A DNA stretch of 63,885 bases from Candidatus Levybacteria bacterium RIFCSPLOWO2_12_FULL_41_12 (GCA_001784155.1 MFPL01000008.1:1-63885), one strand, 5' to 3'; positions 17,121 to 27,566 are shown, counted from the stretch's first letter. Notes: a model not told the origin generated them from the sequence alone. Numbers and translations: made by a program.

Positions 17121-18487
17121 AGATTTACAATACGCTATCAAGATCGGTTGAGGAGTTTGAACCAATTAATCCACCAAGCGTGGGACTCTATTCCTGTGGC
17201 CCTACAGTTTATGACTACCAGCACATAGGCCACATGCGCCGATACGTTGAAGATGATATTTTAATCCGCGTTCTGAAATCAAATAGCTTCTATGTCAAAC
17301 ACGTTATGAATATAACTGACGTTGGTCATCTTACGTCAGATGCCGATACGGGTGAGGATAAGATGGAAAAAGGTGCAAAGAGACTAGGAATGAGTGTCTG
17401 GGATATAGCAAAGAAATTTGAGATGCAGTTTAAAGACTCGTGTCTCGCTTTAAATGTGAGTTTACCAAAAGACTTAATGCATGCAACAGATTATATAGAA
17501 GAGGAAATTGAACTCATCCAACGCCTTGAGAAAAAAGGATTTACGTATAAAACAACAGACGGAATTTATTTCGACACTTCAAAATTTTCTGATTATTTCA
17601 AGCTCTCCCGTCAAAATCCGGAGACGCTCCGAGCTGGAGTAAGAGTAGCTTTGGGAAAGAAGAAGAATATTTCTGACTTTGCCTTGTGGAAATTTTCACC
17701 CAAAGAAGAAAAGCGACAAATGGAGTGGAAAAGTCCATGGGGAATAGGATTTCCAGGTTGGCATATTGAGTGTTCCGCTATGTCTATGAAAGCACTTGGG
17801 GAATCATTAGATATTCATACAGGTGGAGTAGATCACATTAACATTCACCACACAAATGAAATAGCGCAAGCTGAAGCGGCTACAGGCAAACCTTTTGTTA
17901 AATATTTCATTCACCACGCATTCCTAGCTGTAGAAGGACAAAAAATGAGCAAAAGTCTTGGAAATACTTATACGGTTAAGGATGTTATTGAAAAAGGATT
18001 TGACCCAATGGCGCTACGATATTTATATTTGCAAACTCACTACAGACAGGAAATGAATTTTACATGGGAGGCTTTATCTGGAGCTCAAAACGCACTAGCT
18101 AAATTAAAAGCTGACATAGAATTTTGGGATGAGGCTAAGGTTGGTTGTGCTGAGTTTGAACAAAATTTTTTAGAGGCGGTTAATAACGATTTGAATATTC
18201 CGGAAGCACTGGCCGTTTTATGGGAAATGGTAAGGTCCGATTATCCTTCATCTGCAAAAAAGAGAAGTGTTCTAAAGTTTGACGAAGTTTTAGGTTTGGA
18301 TCTGGGAAAAGCTAAGAGGAAAGAAGAAAAAATTCCGGATGAAATCAAGAAGCTTTCGGAAAAAAGGGGAGAGTTTAGAAAAGAGGGAAAATTCGACAGG
18401 GCAGATAAAATAAGAGCGGAAATTGAAGAAAAAGGCTTTGCTGTTGAAGATTCTGAAAGCGGTCCAAAATTGAGAAGGAAGAGCTAA
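17117..18487 (+). CDS. cysS: cysteinyl-tRNA synthetase
   Basis: HIGH variant HIGHMR and KMSKS present. Confidence 0.95.
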   Translation: MKIYNTLSRSVEEFEPINPPSVGLYSCGPTVYDYQHIGHMRRYVEDDILIRVLKSNSFYVKHVMNITDVGHLTSDADTGEDKMEKGAKRLGMSVWDIAKKFEMQFKDSCLALNVSLPKDLMHATDYIEEEIELIQRLEKKGFTYKTTDGIYFDTSKFSDYFKLSRQNPETLRAGVRVALGKKKNISDFALWKFSPKEEKRQMEWKSPWGIGFPGWHIECSAMSMKALGESLDIHTGGVDHINIHHTNEIAQAEAATGKPFVKYFIHHAFLAVEGQKMSKSLGNTYTVKDVIEKGFDPMALRYLYLQTHYRQEMNFTWEALSGAQNALAKLKADIEFWDEAKVGCAEFEQNFLEAVNNDLNIPEALAVLWEMVRSDYPSSAKKRSVLKFDEVLGLDLGKAKRKEEKIPDEIKKLSEKRGEFRKEGKFDRADKIRAEIEEKGFAVEDSESGPKLRRKS

Positions 18488-18530
18488 TCAGACTTGACAC
18501 AATTTTTTAAATGCTATACGCTAATTTAAG

Positions 18531-19145
18531 ATGAAAACAAAACTTGTTGTTGGTTTTTTTATTCTTTTTTTAGTAGCTCTTGTTCCTTCGGCTTCTGCTT
18601 TGGAGGATTCCATTGCTTCTCCTACTGCAAAACCCACAATTAAAAGGCTTCAGAATGTTAAAGAGAATGCGAAGAGCAGAGCTTCTGCAGCTGCAGAGAA
18701 GAAAGCAGAAAGACTATCCGAGTCAAGGCTTAAAGTATGCCGTGGTAGAACGATAAGTCTCCATAATAGGGCAAAAGGTATTCTAGGAAGAGGTAGTAGG
18801 ATGCACAAAAGACTTGAGGCTCTGACAATGACAGTCGATAAATTCTATCAAAACAGACTAGTTCCGCAGGGACTAATTCTTGAAAATTACGATGAACTTT
18901 TGGCAGATATAGACGCTAAAAAAGCAAATGTTTCTTTACTTTTAGACGCGGCAAAGGTGACTGGTGAAGACTTTGACTGCGGATCAGATGATCCGAAGGG
19001 TCAACTTGAGGCATTTAATGAGGACATGAAAGAAGTTTTGGAGGCATTTAAGCAGTACAAGCAATCGGTTAGAACTTTTGTAAAAGCAGTTAAGGATCTC
19101 GCAGTACAAAACAGAGACTCTTTAGAAGAGGAGGTCGTGCAGTAA
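18531..19145 (+). CDS. secreted orphan protein
   Basis: N-terminal signal-like helix ...LVPSASALE, 204 aa. Confidence 0.6.
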   Translation: MKTKLVVGFFILFLVALVPSASALEDSIASPTAKPTIKRLQNVKENAKSRASAAAEKKAERLSESRLKVCRGRTISLHNRAKGILGRGSRMHKRLEALTMTVDKFYQNRLVPQGLILENYDELLADIDAKKANVSLLLDAAKVTGEDFDCGSDDPKGQLEAFNEDMKEVLEAFKQYKQSVRTFVKAVKDLAVQNRDSLEEEVVQ

Positions 19146-19146
19146 A

Positions 19147-19566
19147 GTGGAAAATAATCCTAATATAGTGTCACCAGCACAGCCGATTCAATCACCACCC
19201 CCGCCTCCTGCTCCTGCCGAGCAGGTCCCGCCGCAGCCTGCAGAGCCAGCTCCTTCTCAAGTTTCTCCGCCGGAGGAAAGTCCCAAGAAGGGTAGGAGAT
19301 CCCTATATATCATTTTGATTGTTTTACTTTTGCTTATTTTATTTGGAGGACTTTCATATGCATATTTTTATGCTACAAAGCAGTCGAGCGTAACGGAGGA
19401 AGTTGTTCAAACAGAACAAGCATTAGTTACACCAACTCCGACAGAAGAACCTGCCCCAAGCGTGGAGAATGACTCAGATTTAGATGGGATAATAAACGAA
19501 CTTGATACCGAGGATGCTACTCTTGAAGCCGAGCTTAACTCCTTTGATAAAGAATCCAACTTCTAA
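19147..19566 (+). CDS. Pro-rich single-pass membrane protein
   Basis: GTG start, PPPPPAPAEQVPPQPAEPAPS then TM helix. Confidence 0.5.
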   Translation: MENNPNIVSPAQPIQSPPPPPAPAEQVPPQPAEPAPSQVSPPEESPKKGRRSLYIILIVLLLLILFGGLSYAYFYATKQSSVTEEVVQTEQALVTPTPTEEPAPSVENDSDLDGIINELDTEDATLEAELNSFDKESNF

Positions 19567-20084
19567 AGTTCGCTTAGCGTCTTAAGCTGAAGCTCAATTT
19601 TATCTTCTACCTCGGATCCGAAAGAAATCAAAAGCCTGTCTCTATCTTCTATCTCTCTAGTTAAGGCGCCGGGGCTTAATATGTCATTAATATAAAACTT
19701 CAGACTTTTTGTCTCATTTGAACAAAAAACCTGACCAGTACCCGTAGTAAGACACTCTTTTGTGATTTTCATCGGAAGGGTCATAAAGAAGTCATTCCAA
19801 GTGGTTTTCTCTTTTAATACAACTACCTCAGATGGCTTATCAGGAGAAATAAAAACTTCATTAGAAAGATTATGATAACGCGAGTCGCTGAAGTCTCGCC
19901 TGGTGCCATTAGTGTAAATTAAAAATTTTGCTCTAATTTCAGCGTCAGCTGGCTCTTCCGCGGAAGTATTTTGATTTTCGCTAGATTTGAGGATAGGGAG
20001 AGGTTTGTCTGAAGTTGCAAAAAAGAATGCCAGCCCAGAAATAAAGACTAGACTGGTGAGGCCTATAAAAACGAACTTACTCAT
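19563..20084 (-). CDS. membrane-anchored orphan protein
   Basis: 173 aa, N-terminal TM; 4-nt overlap with upstream dehydrogenase reading frame. Confidence 0.55.
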   Translation of the reverse strand: MSKFVFIGLTSLVFISGLAFFFATSDKPLPILKSSENQNTSAEEPADAEIRAKFLIYTNGTRRDFSDSRYHNLSNEVFISPDKPSEVVVLKEKTTWNDFFMTLPMKITKECLTTGTGQVFCSNETKSLKFYINDILSPGALTREIEDRDRLLISFGSEVEDKIELQLKTLSEL

Positions 20085-21211
20085 AACTTCGAAGGGTTAA
20101 CTTTTATTATTTTATCGTCTCCAGATCGAGGCACTCCGCGCCCGTCCCGATTACTTGTAGTTATGTAGAGAAATCCATCTGGTCCAACTATCACTTCACG
20201 AATCCTGCCCAGCTCTCCGTTAAGGTGTTTTGACAATACTACCTGGTCTGAGGTTTTTGCTTGAAAAAGACCTTGTCCGCGAAGACCTGCGAAAAATAGC
20301 GAACCATTTATATATGCTAATCCGGATGGAGCCCAGGTTTTATGCCCGCTTTGCAATACGGGGGAGATGATTCCTGGCGCGATATTTTCTCCGCGTACAT
20401 CAGGCTATCCGAAATTCCCCCCGAGCTTAATTTTATTTAATTCATCGGTAGCTGTTGAGCCGTGTTCCGTCTCCCAAAGGTTTCCTTTATCATCCCATGC
20501 CAGGCCCTGAGGGTTTCTGTGTCCATATGAATAAACAGAATTTCCGAAGGGATTACTTGAGGGGATCAGTCCTTCATCGGTCAAGCGGAGTATTTTTCCA
20601 GCCAAAGAGGTTTTGTTCTGAGATAAAGACGGGTTTGATGCGTCGCCAGTTGTTATATAGAGTAGTCCGTCGGGTCCGAATTTTATCCTTCCGCCGTCAT
20701 GGTTTGATGCTGCAGGAATTTCATCTAAAATTATTTTATCTTCCGTTAATTTATTCTCGTCAAGTTTAAATCGCACGACTCGATTTTTGTTGTTTCCGTC
20801 GGAGGAGGAATAAGTATAGTAAGCATAAACATACTGATTCTCTTTGAAGTTTGGATGTACGGCTATTCCATGAAGACCTGACTCGCCTATCTGTGATACT
20901 TCGGAAATTTCAGATACTAGGCGTACAATTCCTTTATCAAGTATTTTTACTGATCCCCGGCGTTCTGTTATGAGGAGTCGTCCGTCGGGCAAAAAAGCCA
21001 AGGCCCACGGTACCTCTAAATTTTGGGCAACAACAGAGACCTTTGATTCCTCACGAAGCGCAGTGGGATCCGGTGAGTTGGTAACCGTACTTCGGGCAGG
21101 TGGTAGGTTTGTGGGTTTAAAATATTTTCTTCCCAAGGAAAATATTGCTAGAGCAAATAATAGAATCACTATTAAGACAAAAGTCTTTTTCACTTTCCTA
21201 TTATAACTCAA
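20081..21211 (-). pseudogene. PQQ-dependent (soluble glucose/sorbosone dehydrogenase-type) sugar dehydrogenase interrupted by one in-frame TAG
   Basis: beta-propeller family motifs GLLYITTGD, YGHRNPQGLAWD, EHG...DELN; TAG at 20405-20407 sits exactly where the family motif N-Y/F-G-W-P has Trp (reads NFG*PD); frame continues open to 20081. Confidence 0.8.
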
Positions 21212-21250
21212 ATACTGGATCGGTAGTTAAAAATATGATACTTTAATCAT

Positions 21251-21916
21251 ATGGTTGATAAAAAGAAAAAAGAGGAGGAATTGTCAGCAGAACCCGTAAA
21301 AGAAGATTCTGCAGAAAAAGTGGAGGAGGAAAAGGTCTCTGACTCACACGAAAAAGAGCCGGCTCCAAAAAAAGAGCAAGGAGAAGATGAAAGCGTTTCT
21401 GGAGAATTGATAGTTGAGGTCTCGGAAAGTAAAACCTATGGCTGGATTTTTATAGTTGGGCTGCTCCTGGTCCTTCTTATTGCCGGCGGCGGACTTTTAT
21501 TCTATTTTAAAGGTATTGAAAATGTTAATTTGCCTATCAATTCTCAGGCTCCGACGACTGTGACACCTGTCCCTACGCAAGCCATAAGTCCAACCCCTAC
21601 TGCGACTGCTTCTGCAAAATTAGATAAGGAAGAGTTTGGAATAGAGGTTCTTAACGGAAGCGGAAAAGGCGGACAGGCTGCCGTAGTGCAAAAGATTCTC
21701 GAAGACGGCGGATTTAAGGTAGATTCCATAGGAAATGCCGAAGATTCAGACCATAAAGATACTCTAATATCGGCCAGGAAGTCTGTAAGTAAAGAGTTTT
21801 TGACAGAGCTTAGGAAAGAATTGGGTAAAGTGTATGTTTTGTCAAAAGAAACAGGTGAGCTTAAAGATAGTTCAAATTCAGATATCGAGATAATCGTAGG
21901 AAGTGAGCGTAAGTAG
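21251..21916 (+). CDS. membrane protein with LytR_C-type C-terminal domain
   Basis: acidic N-terminus, TM helix, IEVLNGSGKGGQAAVVQKILEDGGFKV pattern. Confidence 0.65.
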   Translation: MVDKKKKEEELSAEPVKEDSAEKVEEEKVSDSHEKEPAPKKEQGEDESVSGELIVEVSESKTYGWIFIVGLLLVLLIAGGGLLFYFKGIENVNLPINSQAPTTVTPVPTQAISPTPTATASAKLDKEEFGIEVLNGSGKGGQAAVVQKILEDGGFKVDSIGNAEDSDHKDTLISARKSVSKEFLTELRKELGKVYVLSKETGELKDSSNSDIEIIVGSERK

Positions 21917-21964
21917 GTATCAGGTTCGGGATCCTTGTGTAAGGCATCGAGTAACCCACTTATA

Positions 21965-23617
21965 ATGAAAAGTAGAGTCCTTCTTCTATTCCTCGCCGTA
22001 CTATTCTTTCTATTCCCCCGAAACGTAAGTGCTGAAGTAATTAGGTCATTTGACACGCAGATTGTTGCTAATAAAGACGGGACGATGAATATCACCGAAA
22101 GTATTATTTATGATTTTGAAAAAGACGCGCGGCATGGAATTTTTCGATATATCCCAACTTTTTCAAAAATAGGGGATCTCTACAGAATTATAAAAATAAG
22201 AGACGCAGAAGTTATTAGGGACGGAGAAGAAGAAAAATTTGAAGAGACAAAGGATAGCGAGAAAATAAGTTTTAAAATAGGCGACCCGGACAGGACTATA
22301 ACCGGCCCGCATACCTACAGAATTTCCTACGTTATAGAGAATGGAATAGGGAGTAATTATGCGTCCCACGACGAAATCTACTGGAACATTACAGGGAACG
22401 ATTGGCCTGCGAATATAGAAAAAGCAACAGCGAGGGTTATCACAAGCTTTGATGCTGTTCATACGGGTAGTTTGTGCTTTACGGGTTATTCTGGAGAAAA
22501 GGAACAGAATTGTACAGGGATAAATGGAGAATTCGATTCAGCGGTCCCTTTAACTTCAGGAGAAGGGATGACGATTGTTGAAATATTTCCAGCGGGCACT
22601 TTCCCCAAAAGCATTTTATCAAAAGACCCGCCCATGAGCGCAGGGCAAAAAATCGGAGCCTTAATTCTTAAATACGTGGGCCTTATTTATTTGCTTCTAA
22701 ACGTACTTTTGCCGGGATTACTAATTCTTTGGTATCAAAAAAAGAAGAACAAAAAAAGATTTGGTGCGCCTTCTGTAAATTTTGATACCCCAGAAGACTT
22801 GTCAGGAAAAAGGATTACGCCAGCGGAAGCGGGAACGATCGATACCGCACGTCTTGAGCGAGACGATATTGTCGCAACAATTTTTGATCTGGCGATACGA
22901 AGATACATAAGGCTTGAGGAAATTAAAACAGTAAGAAAGCTTATTCCCGATGCCAAAGACCAAAAAATTGTAAAACTTAAAGACCTTGACGAAAAATTAA
23001 ATGATTTTGAAAAGGTTTTGATGAGGCGCTTGTTTGTATCGGGCGACGAGGTAAAAACATCGTCTTTGAAAAAAGATTTTTATGTGACTTTTGAGAGTCT
23101 CGAGGAAGAAATGTTTAAGGATCTTGTGAAAAAGGGATATTATGTAAAGAATCCGAAGAATCAAAGGGCACTGCTCGCGGTTTTAGGAATGATGGCGTTA
23201 TTCACAGGAAATATTATTCTGGCGATCGTTTTGTTTTGGCTGGGCAAAAAGCTTATTGGTAGAACGAAGTTAGGAGACGAGGTGGACTTTAGAATAGACG
23301 GGCTCAAGCTTTTTCTTAAGGGTATGGACAGGAATTATAAATGGCAGGCAGAAAAATTTTATACAGTTGAGCAAATGATTCCATATGCGGTGTCACTAGG
23401 ATATATTGAGAAATTCATGGGGCAGATGAAAATCTTAAAGCCTGACTATAATCCAACATGGTACAGTGGATATTTGGGAAGTTTTTATGGCTCGTATGCC
23501 GGGTTTTACTCTTCTATGTCATCAAGCGTTACGACCTCAGCATCTTCATCATCGAGTGGTTCGTCGGGCGGATCATCGGGTGGAGGAGGCGGCGGCGGAG
23601 GAGGGGGAAGTTGGTAA
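21965..23617 (+). CDS. DUF2207-like membrane protein with poly-Ser/Gly tail
   Basis: signal peptide, large extracytoplasmic domain, TM helices, tail SSSSGSSGGSSGGGGGGGGGGSW characteristic of this family. Confidence 0.7.
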   Translation: MKSRVLLLFLAVLFFLFPRNVSAEVIRSFDTQIVANKDGTMNITESIIYDFEKDARHGIFRYIPTFSKIGDLYRIIKIRDAEVIRDGEEEKFEETKDSEKISFKIGDPDRTITGPHTYRISYVIENGIGSNYASHDEIYWNITGNDWPANIEKATARVITSFDAVHTGSLCFTGYSGEKEQNCTGINGEFDSAVPLTSGEGMTIVEIFPAGTFPKSILSKDPPMSAGQKIGALILKYVGLIYLLLNVLLPGLLILWYQKKKNKKRFGAPSVNFDTPEDLSGKRITPAEAGTIDTARLERDDIVATIFDLAIRRYIRLEEIKTVRKLIPDAKDQKIVKLKDLDEKLNDFEKVLMRRLFVSGDEVKTSSLKKDFYVTFESLEEEMFKDLVKKGYYVKNPKNQRALLAVLGMMALFTGNIILAIVLFWLGKKLIGRTKLGDEVDFRIDGLKLFLKGMDRNYKWQAEKFYTVEQMIPYAVSLGYIEKFMGQMKILKPDYNPTWYSGYLGSFYGSYAGFYSSMSSSVTTSASSSSSGSSGGSSGGGGGGGGGGSW

Positions 23618-23624
23618 AAACCCC

Positions 23625-24659
23625 ATGAATAAAAAAGTTCTCGCCATCGTTTTCTTAACGGTAGTAACTTTTCTTTTTCTTTTCCTGTTTAGAAATAAGT
23701 CGGTCACTAAGTTTATTTCTCAAACAGATTTTACAGAAGATAATATGGGAGGAGAGACAAGCGGGGAAAGCGATCTTTCAATAGAAGTCTTAAGAAAAGG
23801 AGACTATCCGGGATCGGATTTGGTAATTGAGCAAACTTTAAGTGAGGGGAGCAATTACGATCGGTATATCGTCTCATATAGATCAGAAGGCCTTAATATC
23901 TATGCATTACTTACGGTCCCGCAGGCAGAAGTGCCGATAGGTGGATTTCCGACAATTGTGTTTAACCACGGATATATCCCACCCGCAGAGTATTCCACAA
24001 CAGAGAGATATGTCGCATATCAGGACGGGCTTGCCAGGAACGGTTATGTCACTTTCAAATCTGATTATAGAGGACACGGAAATTCAGAAGGGGAGCCTAC
24101 CGGTGCGTATGGATCGAATGGCTATACGATTGACGTATTGAACGCTGTCGCGTCAGTAAAACGATACCCAGATGTGAATCCCGAAAAAATAGGAATGTGG
24201 GGGCATTCATTGGGAGGCTTTATAACTCTTCGCAGCATGGTAGTTTCAAAAGATATAAAAGCAGGAGTGATTTGGGCAGGAGTCGTGGGATCATATCCTG
24301 ATCTTATTAACAATTGGAGACGGGGGAGCGCTACTAGGGTGCCATTGCCTTCGGGAGCCAGAAGATGGAGACAGGTGCTTCAGGATCAATTCGGTACTCC
24401 TGAAAGTAATCCGACTTTCTGGAATTCAATTTCTGCCAACGCCTATCTTAAGGATATTTCAGGACCGCTTCAGCTCCATCATGGTACCGCGGACACTTCG
24501 GTCCCCGTTGAGTTTTCGGAAAAACTTGAAAAGCAAATGAAAGACGCAGGAAAAGAAGCAGAACTGTTTGTTTACCAGGGAGATGATCATAATCTGGCAA
24601 GTAATTTTTCAACAGCAATCAACCGGTCCGTTGAGTTCTTCGACAAATACCTTAAGTAG
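23625..24659 (+). CDS. membrane-anchored alpha/beta hydrolase (S9 prolyl-oligopeptidase/dienelactone-hydrolase type)
   Basis: N-terminal TM, nucleophile elbow GHSLGG, C-terminal D..H (GDDHN). Confidence 0.8.
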   Translation: MNKKVLAIVFLTVVTFLFLFLFRNKSVTKFISQTDFTEDNMGGETSGESDLSIEVLRKGDYPGSDLVIEQTLSEGSNYDRYIVSYRSEGLNIYALLTVPQAEVPIGGFPTIVFNHGYIPPAEYSTTERYVAYQDGLARNGYVTFKSDYRGHGNSEGEPTGAYGSNGYTIDVLNAVASVKRYPDVNPEKIGMWGHSLGGFITLRSMVVSKDIKAGVIWAGVVGSYPDLINNWRRGSATRVPLPSGARRWRQVLQDQFGTPESNPTFWNSISANAYLKDISGPLQLHHGTADTSVPVEFSEKLEKQMKDAGKEAELFVYQGDDHNLASNFSTAINRSVEFFDKYLK

Positions 24660-25758
24660 ATTCTAAAAGAGCCTGCGCTTCTGCCAGATTCCCATTGTAG
24701 AAAACTGCTTTTTCAAACTCCGCCCGGACGAGGGCAGTTTTTCCCTGTTTTTGATAAATTTTACCCCGCAGTATATAAAGTTCTGAAAACGCGCGGTTAT
24801 AATTGTTTAAAACTTTGTTTGTTATTTCAAAAACTCTGTCATAGTTTCCCAATTCGAAATAAGCCTGGATTGGCTCTATTTGATACCAGAGAGTTCTGAA
24901 AGGGAGTAGATTTTCTACTTTTTCAAATTCCTCGACAGACCTTCTATAATCCCCGACATTAAAAAGAGCCACTGATAAATTAAATCTTGCGTATATATCG
25001 TTACTATCACTTCTTAACTGGTTTTCTGAATTTTTTACAGCGTCCTGCCATGCAACTTTCACGTCTGTATATTCTCCCAGAATCGCGTTTGCAATTTGAA
25101 CCCTGTCTTTTGGCACCAAAACCAGATATTCATAATTAAATTTTTTCCAGATTTCATTAAAGTCTGAATATGAATACTCAAGATTTTTGTTTTGCAGGGA
25201 GTCGTCCTGAATAAAAATTCCTAGGGTCTCATCGTATCCTTTTATAACTCTATAATGCCCGATATCCTCATTTGGCTTTGTCCAGGTCCGGGCAATAACC
25301 GGCATGTCATTTGCAATAAACTTCTTAATTAAATCCGGATTTCCCATGGGTCTATGAATTGGAGTAAAACCGTATTCTTTTGATTTTTCAGCCATTTCTT
25401 CAAGCGTTACAGACTTGTCGTCGTTATCTCCGCTTGGGACTTGGTAGGGTCTTAATGCTTGCCCTAAAGTCGCCTGCGATTCAGTTATTCCATAAAAACG
25501 AAGCGCCATGGAAAAGGCTGCCGGACCGCAGTTATTAAAAGTTTGGAAAATGTGATAATCGGTAGGAAGTATCTTTTGAGGAGGAATTGCAGGTAGGGCG
25601 TAAGGGGTGGGGGTAGGTAAGGTTGAAGGATTAATGATTGACGATGATGGATTATTGATTAGCGTCTGTTTAAAAGACAATAAAAACAACGAGACTGCGG
25701 CAATTGAGAGAACAGTTATTATCAGAAGTAGACGGACGCGTGTTAGTCTTGTTTTCAT
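24652..25758 (-). CDS. C39-like cysteine peptidase domain plus TPR protein
   Basis: N-terminal TM; FNNCGPAAFSMALRFYG resembles peptidase_C39-like catalytic Cys region; C-terminal TPR-like repeats. Confidence 0.65.
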   Translation of the reverse strand: MKTRLTRVRLLLIITVLSIAAVSLFLLSFKQTLINNPSSSIINPSTLPTPTPYALPAIPPQKILPTDYHIFQTFNNCGPAAFSMALRFYGITESQATLGQALRPYQVPSGDNDDKSVTLEEMAEKSKEYGFTPIHRPMGNPDLIKKFIANDMPVIARTWTKPNEDIGHYRVIKGYDETLGIFIQDDSLQNKNLEYSYSDFNEIWKKFNYEYLVLVPKDRVQIANAILGEYTDVKVAWQDAVKNSENQLRSDSNDIYARFNLSVALFNVGDYRRSVEEFEKVENLLPFRTLWYQIEPIQAYFELGNYDRVFEITNKVLNNYNRAFSELYILRGKIYQKQGKTALVRAEFEKAVFYNGNLAEAQALLEST

Positions 25759-25834
25759 ATGAGCCTTAATTTTACAGCATCTTTATAAAAGTAGAAAGCA
25801 AAAGCTCATTAAACGTCTGATATAATTAGTCTTC

Positions 25835-26926
25835 ATGGATTTGTCCTTACCTGAGAACCACCCAATTCAAAAAATAAATAAAAAAAGGAGAGTTCTCGTT
25901 CTTTTATGCGCGTTTATTGGCTTAAACGCTATTGTATTCGGAGCTTTTTATTTTTCCGTTAAAAGCCAAAAAGTTGAAAATAACGCTGATCTGTACTCAA
26001 ATACCAAAACCCAAATTTCTCAAGCTCCTTTTGCGGAAATGACGATCCCATACCTTCGAAGCCGGTCTTATGAGAGTTCTCTTTCGCAGCTAAATCAGGC
26101 TACAGAGACCTCCAACTACATTGGATATCTCACAAGTTACCAATCCGACGGATTCAAGGTAAAAGGATACCTAACTATTCCAAAAGGGGTGATGCCTTCG
26201 GGAGGATGGCCGGCAATAGTTTTTGTTCACGGATACATTCCGCCCGCAAGCTACCGGACTTTGGAAAATTACGCAACACACGTAGATTTCCTGGCAAAAA
26301 ACGGCTTTGTTGTTTTTAAAATAGACCTTCGCGGCCACGGACAATCTGAAGGTGAACCTGGCGGCGGGTATTATTCAGGAGATTATATTATAGATACGCT
26401 TAATGCCAAAGCCGCGCTTGAGAGTTCGGATTATGTCCACCCCGATCGGATAGGGCTTTGGGGGCACTCAATGGCGGGGAATGTTGTATCGCGCGCTATG
26501 GCAGCATCTCCCAGCGAGGTTAAGGCAATTGCCATCTGGTCAGGCGCAGTCTATACGTATGAAGACTTTTCAGAATTTAGCATCGAGGACAATTCATACC
26601 AGCCTCCTCCGTCCGATTCGCCAGCTAGAGCAAGAAGAAATGAGATGTTTGAGATTTACGGACAATTTGATCCAAATTCCTCCTTTTGGAAGCAAGTTCC
26701 TATGACAAATTATCTCTCAGATATTAAAGGCGCAATTTCCTTGAATCACGCAAGGGATGATAGCGTGGTGGATATTGTCTACAGCAGAAACCTCGCGGAA
26801 ATTCTTGAGAAAAATTCTATCCGTCACGAGCTAAATGAATACGCCGGCGGAGGACACAATATAACAGGGTCGTATTTTACCCAAGCAATACAAAATACCG
26901 TCGATTTCTTCAAAAGAGAACTCTAA
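25835..26926 (+). CDS. membrane-anchored alpha/beta hydrolase, paralog of 23625-24659
   Basis: GGWPAIVFVHGYIPPA...DLRGHGQSEGEP...GHSMAG aligns by eye with the other copy. Confidence 0.8.
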   Translation: MDLSLPENHPIQKINKKRRVLVLLCAFIGLNAIVFGAFYFSVKSQKVENNADLYSNTKTQISQAPFAEMTIPYLRSRSYESSLSQLNQATETSNYIGYLTSYQSDGFKVKGYLTIPKGVMPSGGWPAIVFVHGYIPPASYRTLENYATHVDFLAKNGFVVFKIDLRGHGQSEGEPGGGYYSGDYIIDTLNAKAALESSDYVHPDRIGLWGHSMAGNVVSRAMAASPSEVKAIAIWSGAVYTYEDFSEFSIEDNSYQPPPSDSPARARRNEMFEIYGQFDPNSSFWKQVPMTNYLSDIKGAISLNHARDDSVVDIVYSRNLAEILEKNSIRHELNEYAGGGHNITGSYFTQAIQNTVDFFKREL

Positions 26927-26936
26927 CCCTCCCGGG

Positions 26937-26955
26937 ATTGACAAGAGGCAAACGG
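26937..26955 (+). promoter_or_regulatory. 19-nt box copy 1 (ATTGACAAGAGGCAAACGG), -35 of CBS gene promoter
   Basis: TTGACA 26938-26943, 17 nt, TATATT 26961-26966. Confidence 0.65.
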
Positions 26956-26986
26956 AAGTATATATTCTTCGTAATAGATATCTAGT

Positions 26987-27436
26987 ATGAAAGCCTCAGA
27001 TATCATGCAGAAAAAGGTCGACTACGTGACGCCAAAGACTTCTCTTCGTCAAGCATCAAAAATAATTTTTGGTAAATTACATATGGGGCTACCGGTTGTT
27101 GCGCTAAAAAGCAGAAAACTTGTTGGTTTTATAACAGACCAAGATATCCTTTCACAATGTTTTCCCACTATGAAAGAGTATGTTGAAGATACTGTGCATT
27201 CTCGAGATTTTTCGGCAATGGAAAAAAATCTTAAACATATAATGAATTTAAAAGTCAAAGACGTAATGAGCAAGCAAGTCATTTATGTAAAAAAAGATGA
27301 TCCACTGTTGAAAATAGAATCAATTATGAAGCTAAGAGATATTGCTCGTCTTCCTGTAGTCGATGAGAAAAAAAAGCTTATTGGTATACTTACTAAGCGG
27401 GATATCTTCCGAGCATTGGTAGGAAAATATTTCTAA
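26987..27436 (+). CDS. CBS-domain pair protein
   Basis: two CBS repeats (IMQKKVDYV...GFITDQDIL; VMSKQVIYV...GILTKRDIF). Confidence 0.85.
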   Translation: MKASDIMQKKVDYVTPKTSLRQASKIIFGKLHMGLPVVALKSRKLVGFITDQDILSQCFPTMKEYVEDTVHSRDFSAMEKNLKHIMNLKVKDVMSKQVIYVKKDDPLLKIESIMKLRDIARLPVVDEKKKLIGILTKRDIFRALVGKYF

Positions 27437-27566
27437 AGCAGCAAAACCTCAAGAATAGTCCGCAATCCCGCTGATAGTGCCGATGGTAGTTTCCATACGG
27501 CATCCCGCACGAATGGCATTCATCGGGATTTTCAGACGGGATCCTCGATGACAGCGATCAATCGGG

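Noticed and set aside
19273-19283. GAGGAAAGTCC, resembling the RNase P RNA P4 strand
   Set aside because: It lies inside a coherent CDS (PPEESPKKG), and none of the other RNase P conserved regions is nearby.
23466-23624. N-terminal extension of the hydrolase ORF overlapping the DUF2207 poly-Gly tail
   Set aside because: It is an alternative-frame reading of the GGN repeat. ATG 23625 followed by a TM helix is the credible start.
27479-27501. GCCGATGGTAGTTTCCATACGGC, superficially like the fluoride riboswitch 5' half
   Set aside because: It folds as a plain hairpin. The conserved 3' CUGAUGAUGCC-type segment is absent, and the downstream gene is an MFS transporter rather than crcB.
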